A program made the translations under genes and the position numbers. Below are positions 53,737-62,052 of a DNA stretch of 64,000 bases, piece by piece (position 1 is the stretch's first letter; each line of letters begins with the position of its first letter). This stretch comes from Patescibacteria group bacterium. GTDB lineage: Bacteria; Patescibacteriota; Minisyncoccia; Phycocordibacterales; DATDWN01. The notes under the pieces are model-generated. The model had not been told where the DNA came from. It did not search any database and was given only the letters and a program-made list of their open reading frames with translations. The DNA lies in NCBI GenBank assembly GCA_040384485.1, contig JAZKJH010000002.1, forward strand, positions 22,235-86,234, read 5' to 3'.

Positions 53737-55440
53737 ATGAAAAGTAATACCAGAATACGTATTATCTCAATTTTTGTGTTTGCATTCGCTCTCGTGTTAA
53801 TAGGGAGATTGTATTTTGTGCAAATAGTTAACCATGACCTTTATATACAAAAGGGTGATAAACAGTACTCATCTACCTCAAAAAAAGTTTTTGACCGTGG
53901 GACCATATTCTTTCAAAACAAGGATGGTAGCTTAGTGTCTGCTGCCACTCTAAAATCTGGATACATAGTCGCCATAAATCCTGAGGTGCTTAAAAATCCT
54001 GATGATGCTTGGAAAAAGTATAACGAGATACTGCCAACAGAGCGGGATGTGTTTATGCAAAAAGTTGCTAAGAAAAATGACACGTATGAGGAGCTGGCTC
54101 AAAGAGTGGATACAGAGGTGGGTGAAAAAATTAATGCTTTAAAGATACCAGGGCTCCAAGCATACAAAGAAAGGTGGAGGTTTTACCCAGGTGGAAATAC
54201 TGCTAGTCGAGTTGTTGGGCTTTTGGGTTACAAAGGTGATGAATATGCAGGACGTTACGGTCTTGAACGGCAGTATGAAAACAATATGCTGAGACAGGAT
54301 GGAGGGTACGTAAACTTTTTTGCAGAAATTTTTTCTGACATAAAATCTTTCGCTGAGGAAAAAGGAGAAGTAGAGGCGGATATTGTAACTACTATAGAAC
54401 CGGCCTTACAATCATATTTGCAAGGGATTTTGAAAGAAACAACTCAGAAGTTCGGAGCAGAAACTATGGGTGGGATTATTATGAACCCTAAAACAGGGGA
54501 GATATATGCTATGGATGTTTATCCAACATTCGACCCCAACAATACCCAGGCTGAAAAGGATATAACGGTTTTTTCTAACCCTTTGGTTGAAAACGTATAC
54601 GAGATGGGTTCGGTAATAAAACCACTCACGGTTTCTGCAGGACTTGATGCTGGAGTTATTAAGGCGAGTACCACTTACTATGATCCGGGGTATCTTGTGG
54701 TGAACAACAAAAGAATATCTAACTTTGATGGTAAGGAAAGAGGGATGGTGGATATTCAGGAAGCACTGTCTCAGTCCCTAAACGTTGGGATGGCAAAGAT
54801 AACTAGTTTACTTGGTAACAAACTTTTTTCTGAGTATATGTATTCGTTTGGGATAGGTGAAAAAACTGGGATTGATTTGCCAAACGAAGGTAGAAACCTG
54901 GTGGATAACCTAAAGAGTCCGAGAGATATAGAGCATGTTACTGCTTCGTTCGGGCAGGGTTTGGCTTTAACTCCTATTTCCACAATACGTTCTTTGGCAG
55001 TTCTGGCAAACGGTGGATTTTTGGTAGAGCCACATGTGGTAAAAAGTATAAACTACAAGATAGGAATATCTAAAACTATAGAACCAAAAACTATACGACA
55101 AGTATTAAAACGAGAAACAACAGAAGAGATATCTCGAATGATGGTACATAGTATGGACAAGGTTTTGCTTGAAGGTAAGCTCAAATTGCCAAACTATAGT
55201 GTGGCCGTAAAAACAGGAACAGCTCAGATGGCAAAACCAGGTGGAGTCGGAGGGTATTACGATGATAAATTTTTACACTCGTTTGTAGGTTATTTCCCAG
55301 CATACGACGCCAAGTTTATTGTGTTCATGTACGTTATTAACCCTAGAGGAGTTAGATACGGATCCGAGACACTTTCCCAGCCATTTGCCGATCTGACAAA
55401 CTTTATCATCAACTACTACGAGGTGCCCCCAGACAGATAG
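53737..55440 (+). CDS. ftsI: Peptidoglycan D,D-transpeptidase FtsI (PBP3-like)
   Basis: N-terminal TM, SVIK (SxxK), SQSLN (SxN) and KTGTAQ motifs. Confidence 0.8.
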   Translation: MKSNTRIRIISIFVFAFALVLIGRLYFVQIVNHDLYIQKGDKQYSSTSKKVFDRGTIFFQNKDGSLVSAATLKSGYIVAINPEVLKNPDDAWKKYNEILPTERDVFMQKVAKKNDTYEELAQRVDTEVGEKINALKIPGLQAYKERWRFYPGGNTASRVVGLLGYKGDEYAGRYGLERQYENNMLRQDGGYVNFFAEIFSDIKSFAEEKGEVEADIVTTIEPALQSYLQGILKETTQKFGAETMGGIIMNPKTGEIYAMDVYPTFDPNNTQAEKDITVFSNPLVENVYEMGSVIKPLTVSAGLDAGVIKASTTYYDPGYLVVNNKRISNFDGKERGMVDIQEALSQSLNVGMAKITSLLGNKLFSEYMYSFGIGEKTGIDLPNEGRNLVDNLKSPRDIEHVTASFGQGLALTPISTIRSLAVLANGGFLVEPHVVKSINYKIGISKTIEPKTIRQVLKRETTEEISRMMVHSMDKVLLEGKLKLPNYSVAVKTGTAQMAKPGGVGGYYDDKFLHSFVGYFPAYDAKFIVFMYVINPRGVRYGSETLSQPFADLTNFIINYYEVPPDR

Positions 55441-55442
55441 TT

Positions 55443-56738
55443 ATGGATTATTTAAAACAAACAGCAAAAAAAATACTGCAATGGCAAGCAAAACGAGTGT
55501 TGCAAAAATATAACCCAAAGATAGTGGGGATTATTGGAGCAGTTGGAAAGACTGTTACGAAAGAAACCATATATACTGTTTTGTCTAAAAAAGTCTTTGT
55601 TCGTAAGTCTGAAAAAAGTTTTACTACAGAAGTAGGAGTCCCTTTAACCATACTTGGTCACGCATATGGCACAAACACACTTTTAGAGTGGTTACAGTGT
55701 ATTTTTTCTGGACTCAATTTGATTTTATTTAAAAAGACCTACCCAGAATGGCTTGTTTTAGAACTAGATAGCGACAAGCCAGGAGACCTGGAAGGAGTGA
55801 GTTCTTGGGTTAAACCGGATATATTAGTGGTAACTGCTATTGGAACGGTACCATCACATATAGAGTCTTTTGGGGATATTGAGAATTTTGTTAGGGAAAA
55901 GAGTTTTATGGTAGACGCGGTAAAGAGAGAGGGAGTCATTATTTACAATTCAGACGATGTGTTGGTGGAGAATCTAGTGAAGGATTCTGAAGTTAGAAAA
56001 GTATCCTGTGGAACAAACCCTTTAGCAAATATCAAAGGAGGGGAGCTCGAAATGTTGCTTGGGGGAAAAGACAGCTCAGTTCTCACGGGAATGAAATTTA
56101 ATATAATTTATCGAAAGAAAGAGTACTCTGTTTCTAGACTAGAGTGTGTAGGTATTCACATCGAATACGCTTCACTTCTAGCTTTTGCAGTTGGGCACGA
56201 GTTTCATTTTTCTTCCAAGGATATTGTTACATCCCTAAACAAAGTAAAACCTCTGCAGGGGCGTTCACGAATAATTCAAGGAATAAAAAATTCTGTACTA
56301 GTAGACGATACTTACAATGCTTCGCCACTGGCCACTCGAGAGTTTGTTGGTTTGCTAGGAAAAATAAATACAAATACTAGAAAAGTTTTAATTTTGGGAG
56401 ACATGTTGGAGCTCGGAAAGTATTCGGCAGTGGAGCACAGGAGTCTTGCAGTTTTAGTAAAACAAAATGCTAATTTTGTAGTTACTGTTGGATTTAGAAT
56501 GAGGAAACTAGTGGACGAGCTTTTGAACGAAGGATTTGATGAATCATTAATAATTTCTTTTGACTCGGTAGAAGAGGCCAATAAAACTATGGATAGTCTG
56601 ATACAGGAAGGGGATGTTGTTCTGGTAAAGGGTTCACAAGCGATGCGAATGGAAAAACTAGTGGAGGAGGTAATGCGACACCCAGAGGACGCAAAAAAAG
56701 TTTTGGTTAGACAAGAAGAGGAATGGATGAGTAGATAA
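55443..56738 (+). CDS. murF: Mur ligase, MurF-like (UDP-MurNAc-tripeptide--D-Ala-D-Ala ligase)
   Basis: GIIGAVGKTVTKE P-loop and the DDTYNASP motif typical of MurF. Confidence 0.65.
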   Translation: MDYLKQTAKKILQWQAKRVLQKYNPKIVGIIGAVGKTVTKETIYTVLSKKVFVRKSEKSFTTEVGVPLTILGHAYGTNTLLEWLQCIFSGLNLILFKKTYPEWLVLELDSDKPGDLEGVSSWVKPDILVVTAIGTVPSHIESFGDIENFVREKSFMVDAVKREGVIIYNSDDVLVENLVKDSEVRKVSCGTNPLANIKGGELEMLLGGKDSSVLTGMKFNIIYRKKEYSVSRLECVGIHIEYASLLAFAVGHEFHFSSKDIVTSLNKVKPLQGRSRIIQGIKNSVLVDDTYNASPLATREFVGLLGKINTNTRKVLILGDMLELGKYSAVEHRSLAVLVKQNANFVVTVGFRMRKLVDELLNEGFDESLIISFDSVEEANKTMDSLIQEGDVVLVKGSQAMRMEKLVEEVMRHPEDAKKVLVRQEEEWMSR

Positions 56739-56740
56739 AG

Positions 56741-56774
56741 AAACACCACCCTTTAGAGGTGGTGTGTTTTTTTT
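56741..56774. terminator. Bidirectional terminator acaccaccc-ttta-gaggtggtgt? (acaccacc/ggtggtgt) followed by T9
   Basis: Hairpin flanked by A- and T-runs between convergent genes. Confidence 0.65.
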
Positions 56775-57108
56775 AGCTGTACATTCCTTTTCGGTGTAGA
56801 TCCAGCTTCATTGTGATTTGCGGATCTGTAATTTTTTTGAATCGTGGAACAGTCTCACCATTCACGGTGACTGTTTCCATCCACATTTCAAGTGGTCGCA
56901 AGTCAAAAAGCTGACCATTTACATACACGGAGGCCTCCGGGTACAAGGGCCTGTAGATGACCATGTTTGCGTCTTCAGGTCTGCAATTGTCTTCTGTGTG
57001 GCAACCAACCCCTACAAGCTCGTAGGCATAGTTGTTCACAGATACGGTAGGGTCGTGTTTGTAGTGGTAATAATAACCACGCTCTGGAACTTGTGTCGGT
57101 ATTTTCAT
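56773..57108 (-). CDS. DUF1653-domain protein with a C-terminal extension
   Basis: ...GYYYHYKHDP...YELVGVGCHTE...MVIYRPLY pattern. Confidence 0.45.
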   Translation of the reverse strand: MKIPTQVPERGYYYHYKHDPTVSVNNYAYELVGVGCHTEDNCRPEDANMVIYRPLYPEASVYVNGQLFDLRPLEMWMETVTVNGETVPRFKKITDPQITMKLDLHRKGMYS

Positions 57109-57216
57109 AATTTCTCCTTTTGGAGTTTAGCATTTTGGTGGATGATTTCCAACACCGTTACTTAACTGTGAGTATTTACAATTAATTAAATAAATGGCAT
57201 ATTAAAAAAGGAAACA

Positions 57217-57819
57217 ATGAGAACATTAAATCAAAATTTGGACTATCAAACAATCGATGAGATGTTAAATCTCCTCGATGAACCCAACGGTTCTATTTGC
57301 AAACGTATTTTGGCGGACCACAGAGATCTGTTCGAGAAAGCTCACGGTTCGACTCATAACCATCAGACCTGGGAAGGTGGTTACATCGACCATATTACGG
57401 ATGCAATGAACTATACACGGCATCTGTATGTGTTTGATGGGGCGTTCGGAAGACCGCTTCCATTTTCACTTTCCGATGCTTTGCTTGTAATTTTTCTTCA
57501 CGATTTGGAGAAGCCGTGGAGAATATTGGTTCAAAACGGTCAAGTCTCTAACAGGAAAGGTTTGGCTACCAAAGAGGAGTTCAAAAAGTTTCGTGAGGAC
57601 AAGCTTACGGAATACGGGCTTGTTCTTACTCCAGATCAACTCAACGCTTTTACTTATGTTGAGGGGGAGTACAAGGAGTATTCATCCACTCACCGTGTGA
57701 TGAACGAACTCGCAGCCTTTTGTCACAAAGTCGACACCTGGTCTGCACGTGGGTGGTTTGATTATCCGAAAGCAGAAGGGGATGAGTGGACTGGCGCTGG
57801 AAGGTTTCGTTCGAATTGA
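57217..57819 (+). CDS. HD-domain (metal-dependent phosphohydrolase-like) protein
   Basis: H...H (AHGSTHNH), GGYIDH and FLHDLEKP motifs. Confidence 0.5.
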   Translation: MRTLNQNLDYQTIDEMLNLLDEPNGSICKRILADHRDLFEKAHGSTHNHQTWEGGYIDHITDAMNYTRHLYVFDGAFGRPLPFSLSDALLVIFLHDLEKPWRILVQNGQVSNRKGLATKEEFKKFREDKLTEYGLVLTPDQLNAFTYVEGEYKEYSSTHRVMNELAAFCHKVDTWSARGWFDYPKAEGDEWTGAGRFRSN

Positions 57820-57893
57820 TTCAAGTTCATAATAAGAAAAAACACGGCTTGAGGGTCGTGTTTTATTTTTGCAAATTTTGGGAGTACTTTGGT

Positions 57894-58124
57894 CTATTTA
57901 AATAATCTTACTCTCGCTAAGGCATCAACCTGAGCAACGTTGAAGGCGATGCTATCAAGTGGTGTTTGCACATTTTGTACCCAACCAATACCAATACCTC
58001 TTGTATGGATTTCGAGGTCGTTGATGGCTTTTTCCAGGTGAGGGATGTGTGTTTTCACCACCTCAAGTTGTTTTAGTATTTCCTTCTTAAGATACTCAAT
58101 CTCTGGACTGACATTTGTTTCCAT
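57894..58124 (-). CDS. Hypothetical small protein (start taken at METNV, with an AAGGAG RBS 7 nt upstream)
   Basis: 77-aa ORF. Confidence 0.3.
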   Translation of the reverse strand: METNVSPEIEYLKKEILKQLEVVKTHIPHLEKAINDLEIHTRGIGIGWVQNVQTPLDSIAFNVAQVDALARVRLFK

Positions 58125-58224
58125 CGAACTTCTCCTTCTGTTTGTAAAGTTAGCATACTGAATAACAACTTTCAATGAATTTGATTTTTAGTAAAAATCG
58201 GGTTATTGTTTACCTGTGTTCAAT

Positions 58225-58296
58225 GGCCTTATCGTCTAACGGTTAGGACGAAGCCTTCTCAAGGCTTAAATCCGGGTTCGATTCCCGGTAAGGTCA
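58225..58296 (+). tRNA. tRNA-Glu (anticodon CTC)
   Basis: GGCCTTATCGTCTAACGGTTAGGACGAAGCCTTCTCAAGGCTTAAATCCGGGTTCGATTCCCGGTAAGGTCA folds as a cloverleaf; anticodon loop TTCTCAA. Confidence 0.85.
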
Positions 58297-58357
58297 CATT
58301 AGAAAAATCAGATTCAGGGATAGAAAGTGAGTTGTTCTGTCAAAAATGTCAAATATA

Positions 58358-58388
58358 TATTGTTGCAAGTATGAAAGTATGCTATAAT
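58358..58388 (+). promoter_or_regulatory. Putative promoter (TTGTTG-17-TATAAT) with direct TGTCAAA repeats upstream. The ATG at 58395 lies only about 7 nt downstream, suggesting a leaderless repressor transcript.
   Basis: ctataatgg -10 box; tgtcaaaaatgtcaaa at 58338-58353. Confidence 0.35.
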
Positions 58389-58394
58389 GGAAGC

Positions 58395-59036
58395 ATGCAC
58401 AACAAACAAAAACAGCTTTTAGCTCTCATAGACACTGATCCAAACATTGGGTCATATAGCCTTAGAACAATAGCCGATAAGATTGGTGTGCCTGATAAGC
58501 CACAAATAGTGAAATACCATTTACAACAGCTTGAGAAAGCCGGAATGATTCAAATGAACCTTGAACAAGGGGTTATAAGGCCCGTAAAGCGAGGCCATGT
58601 GAAATCAACAGTTAATACCGTATTCTCACTCCCTGTGGTCGGAAGTGCAAATTGTGGTCCCGCAACAATATTTGCAGAACAAAATATTCAGCAGTATCTC
58701 AAGGTCTCGTCTTCTATGTTGCCATACAGCAAAAAAGATCTCTATTCTGTTATCGCAGACGGTAATAGTATGAATCTTGCAAAACCAGACGATAAAAATT
58801 CTATCGAAAATGGAGATTTCGTTTTAGTAGACAGTGGACACAAAAACTACAAGAACGGAGATATTGTTGTCGCTGTAATAGACGGCATGGCAACTATCAA
58901 GCGGTATAAGTATGACAAGGAAAATCAGCGCATAATACTTGAAGCAGATTCGACTGATAAGTATCTTCCGATATTTATTCACGAAGGTGATGATTTTCAG
59001 TTAAGTGGAAAAGTTGTTGGAATTATTAAAAGTTAA
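58395..59036 (+). CDS. LexA/CI-like repressor: N-terminal winged-HTH plus C-terminal S24 peptidase (self-cleaving) domain
   Basis: ...ADGNSMNLAKPDD...ENGDFVLVD...VVAVIDGMATIKRY..., with Ser in GNSM and Lys in IKRY. Confidence 0.6.
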   Translation: MHNKQKQLLALIDTDPNIGSYSLRTIADKIGVPDKPQIVKYHLQQLEKAGMIQMNLEQGVIRPVKRGHVKSTVNTVFSLPVVGSANCGPATIFAEQNIQQYLKVSSSMLPYSKKDLYSVIADGNSMNLAKPDDKNSIENGDFVLVDSGHKNYKNGDIVVAVIDGMATIKRYKYDKENQRIILEADSTDKYLPIFIHEGDDFQLSGKVVGIIKS

Positions 59037-59051
59037 TTTATTAAAACACAT

Positions 59052-59423
59052 ATGAAGAGAATATTTATCGCATTCGCTATTGAAGACAAAACATCTAGAG
59101 ATTTTTTAGTTGGTCAAGCAAAAAATGACAATTCGCCATTTGAGTTCGTTGATATGTCTGTAAAAACACCATGGGAAACGGACTGGGAATCCAAGTGCCG
59201 TACAAAGATAAAAGGTTGTGACGGTGTAATTGCACTTATTAGTAAAAATACACCTTCAGCAACAGGACAGTTGTTTGAGATCGCGACAGCAGAAGAAGAG
59301 AAAATTCCAACAATGTTGATGTACTCAACTAGTGATCGACCCACTCTTCCTTATTTTTTAAATAAACGAACCATTAATGTTTGGAGCTGGGCTAACATTA
59401 AATCGTTTTTGAGTAAACTTTAA
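59052..59423 (+). CDS. TIR-like (DUF1863/ThsB-type) protein, possibly degenerate (no Trp in the SxWxxxE-type motif)
   Basis: N-terminal RIFIAFAIEDK (compare the canonical xFISYSxxD), ...SATGQLFEIATAEEEKIP... Confidence 0.5.
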   Translation: MKRIFIAFAIEDKTSRDFLVGQAKNDNSPFEFVDMSVKTPWETDWESKCRTKIKGCDGVIALISKNTPSATGQLFEIATAEEEKIPTMLMYSTSDRPTLPYFLNKRTINVWSWANIKSFLSKL

Positions 59424-59427
59424 TATC

Positions 59428-60369
59428 ATGAGAAAAGCACTTGTAATTGGTATTAACGATTACCCAACCATTCCTCTTAGGGGGTGTATTAACGACGCCA
59501 CTGCTTTTGGCACAACAATTGAAAAAAATGGTGATGGATCTCCTAATTTTGCCGTTAAATTGGAAACTAATGTCACAACAAAGGCACAGCTAAAGACAAT
59601 GATTAGAGAGTTGTTTGAAGGTGATAGTGATATAGCTTTGTTTTACTTTTCCGGTCACGGTTTTTTTAGCGATCTTGGTGGTTTTATTGTCACACCAGAT
59701 CACCAGCAAAATGACGAAGGTGTTTCTATGGATGAAATACTTACTTTAGCAAATAAGTCGAAAGCAAAAGATAAGGTAATAATTTTAGACTGTTGTCATT
59801 CTGGAGCGTTCGGCACACCTGCGATAACTGGAAATAGCTCCTCTCAAATAATAGAGGGTGTCGTGATATTGACTGCTAGTAGACCAGCAGAAAGTGCTAT
59901 TGAAATTAATGGTCACGGTATTTTTACTAATCTGTTGATTGATGCCCTGCAAGGAGGAGCTGCAGACCTACGCGGACACATAACACCTGGCAGTGTTTAT
60001 GCCTACATCGACCAAGCTCTTGGTCCATGGGATCAACGACCAGTTTTTAAAACTAACGTCACAAGATTCACTTCTTTACGCACCATTAGTCCACAAGTAC
60101 CAATTGAAGTTTTGAGAAAAATTACTGAGTATTTTTCTGTTCCAGAACAAGAATATCAACTTGATCCAACTTATGAGTTCACCAATAAGGATGTAGCGAT
60201 TACGGAAAATGTGGTTATGCTAAAAAACTTACAGAAGTTAGTTAGTATAGGTTTAGTGATGCCTGTTGGAGAGGATCACATGTTTTACGTAGCCCAAAAT
60301 TCAAAGACCTGTAAATTAACTGCGCTCGGCTATCATTATTGGAGATTAGTTAAGGAGGGAAAAATATAA
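59428..60369 (+). CDS. Caspase-like (peptidase C14) protease with an unassigned C-terminal domain of about 120 aa
   Basis: KALVIGINDY..L.GCINDA, catalytic His in FYFSGHG and Cys in ILDCCHSGA. Confidence 0.6.
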   Translation: MRKALVIGINDYPTIPLRGCINDATAFGTTIEKNGDGSPNFAVKLETNVTTKAQLKTMIRELFEGDSDIALFYFSGHGFFSDLGGFIVTPDHQQNDEGVSMDEILTLANKSKAKDKVIILDCCHSGAFGTPAITGNSSSQIIEGVVILTASRPAESAIEINGHGIFTNLLIDALQGGAADLRGHITPGSVYAYIDQALGPWDQRPVFKTNVTRFTSLRTISPQVPIEVLRKITEYFSVPEQEYQLDPTYEFTNKDVAITENVVMLKNLQKLVSIGLVMPVGEDHMFYVAQNSKTCKLTALGYHYWRLVKEGKI

Positions 60370-60372
60370 ACC

Positions 60373-60780
60373 ATGAGACATTACAACATATTCATAAGTC
60401 ACTCTTGGGCATACAGTGATGCATATGACAAGCTTATAAAAATGCTTAACGCAGATCCTCGATTTAATTTTAAAGATTATTCAGTACCAAAGAACGACCC
60501 TATCCATAATGCGCCAAATTCTACTGCACTATCTCGAGCCATACAGGATCAGATGCGTTTTTGCGATGTTATCATTATTCTTGCTGGAGTGTATTCAAGC
60601 TACAGTGATTGGATTAATAAGGAGATCGCTCTTGCAAAAGGATTTACTAATCCAAAACCAATTCTGGCCATCGAGCCATGGGCAAGTGAAAAAACTTCGT
60701 CGGTAGTAAAGAAGAACGCAAATAGGATCGTAAAATGGAATACAAGTTCAATTATTGCAGGAATACGTGAGCTTTCGTAA
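60373..60780 (+). CDS. TIR domain protein (ThsB-like; candidate catalytic Glu in YSDWINKEIALA)
   Basis: NIFISHSWAYSD N-terminus and a SxWxxxE-type motif. Confidence 0.55.
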   Translation: MRHYNIFISHSWAYSDAYDKLIKMLNADPRFNFKDYSVPKNDPIHNAPNSTALSRAIQDQMRFCDVIIILAGVYSSYSDWINKEIALAKGFTNPKPILAIEPWASEKTSSVVKKNANRIVKWNTSSIIAGIRELS

Positions 60781-60879
60781 ATATACGAAAAATATGGAGA
60801 TATGTATTTTAACCGTCATATTGGTAAATATAGAATTTATATAGATACCATTGAAAGACATTGATCGCAGACGAAAAGC

Positions 60880-61146
60880 ATGACTAGATATAGAAAATTT
60901 AAAAAACGAAGTAGCTATTTTAAAAAAAGAGAAAATGAATTTGAAATACCCAAATGGATCTTTTACTTTTTAACCCTAACAATTTTATTTATTGTTTTTT
61001 TCTCTTTCAACTTTGTTTCTAATTGTATTATTGAATGGCCACCTAGGTGGGATGTTCGTACTTGCTGGAGTGAGCAGTTTGAACCTGCTAAAACAAAAGC
61101 AATTGAGAAATCTGCTCCATTTATGCCACAACTAAAAGTAAGGTAG
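60880..61146 (+). CDS. Small membrane protein
   Basis: Basic N-terminus followed by a TM helix; 88-aa ORF. Confidence 0.3.
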   Translation: MTRYRKFKKRSSYFKKRENEFEIPKWIFYFLTLTILFIVFFSFNFVSNCIIEWPPRWDVRTCWSEQFEPAKTKAIEKSAPFMPQLKVR

Positions 61147-61286
61147 TTCTACCAGTACCCAACCTCTCTAGGTTTGGCTCACAGGTTAAAACACTCAGAG
61201 AAATCTGGGTGTTTTAATTTATAAAAAAATCAGTTTTTTATTGACAAAAAATACCATTAACATACTATGTTTGGCAGGAGGTTCAT

Positions 61287-61958
61287 TTGAATAAATCACA
61301 GAACACGGATATCCCAGTCATCACTCTTGATGGGGATGCTGGTGCTGGAAAGGGTACAACTAGAATACTGGTTGCCCAAAGACTTGCTTGGAACGAACTT
61401 GATAGCGGAGTTCTTTATAGGCTCGTGGCCTATTTGGGTCAGGATTCTCCTACAGAGGACCATTACAGGATCATTGCGCAAGGACTAGTCGGAGTTCGAA
61501 TGTCGGAAGGAAAAGTTTTCTTGTTCGACAGAGTCCTCACAGACAAGGAACTCCGAACTTCTGCTATGGACGCTGCAGCTGCAAAAGTTGCTCGTGACAA
61601 AGAAGTAAGGCTTGCACTTCGAGAGATTCAGGAAAGGGCACGCAGTGGTCGTGGCTTGGTCACTGACGGTAGAGATATGGGAACGATTTTCATTGCTCCC
61701 AATGTTTATCGCTTTTACCTTACAGCCGATGCAGAAGTACGAGCTAGACGGCGTGTCGCTCAGGACCTAGATAAAGACGTGGTCCCGAGCGTGCTCGAAG
61801 TTCGGCGCAGTCTGGAGGAAAGAGATTTGATGGACAAGACAAGAGCAGTCAGTCCACTTACTCTTCATCCTGAAGCGGTGGTTGTTGATACCACTCACAT
61901 GAAGCCGGAAGAAGTGGCGGAACATATTATCAGCATCTATAAGTCCAAGGCAGCATAG
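61287..61958 (+). CDS. cmk: Cytidylate kinase, GC-rich (about 49% GC) xenolog-like copy; TTG start 5 nt after an AGGAGG RBS
   Basis: ITLDGDAGAGKGT P-loop, ...LDSGVLYR..., NMP-binding and LID regions. Confidence 0.7.
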   Translation: MNKSQNTDIPVITLDGDAGAGKGTTRILVAQRLAWNELDSGVLYRLVAYLGQDSPTEDHYRIIAQGLVGVRMSEGKVFLFDRVLTDKELRTSAMDAAAAKVARDKEVRLALREIQERARSGRGLVTDGRDMGTIFIAPNVYRFYLTADAEVRARRRVAQDLDKDVVPSVLEVRRSLEERDLMDKTRAVSPLTLHPEAVVVDTTHMKPEEVAEHIISIYKSKAA

Positions 61959-61961
61959 ATA

Positions 61962-61994
61962 TACCGAGAAGGTAACACCTTCTCGGTTTTTTTT
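61962..61994 (+). terminator. Intrinsic terminator ccgagaagg-taacacc-ttctcgg followed by T8
   Basis: Perfect 7-9 bp stem followed by a T-run. Confidence 0.7.
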
Positions 61995-62052
61995 ATTACA
62001 CAAATCTGTGGAAAACTATTTGACCTGTGCTTACTGTATCTGATACAATAAC

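Noticed and set aside
58206-58394. N-terminal extension of the repressor ORF (ORF-track start 58206)
   Set aside because: It overlaps the tRNA-Glu gene (58225..58296). A TATAAT -10 box immediately precedes the internal ATG at 58395.
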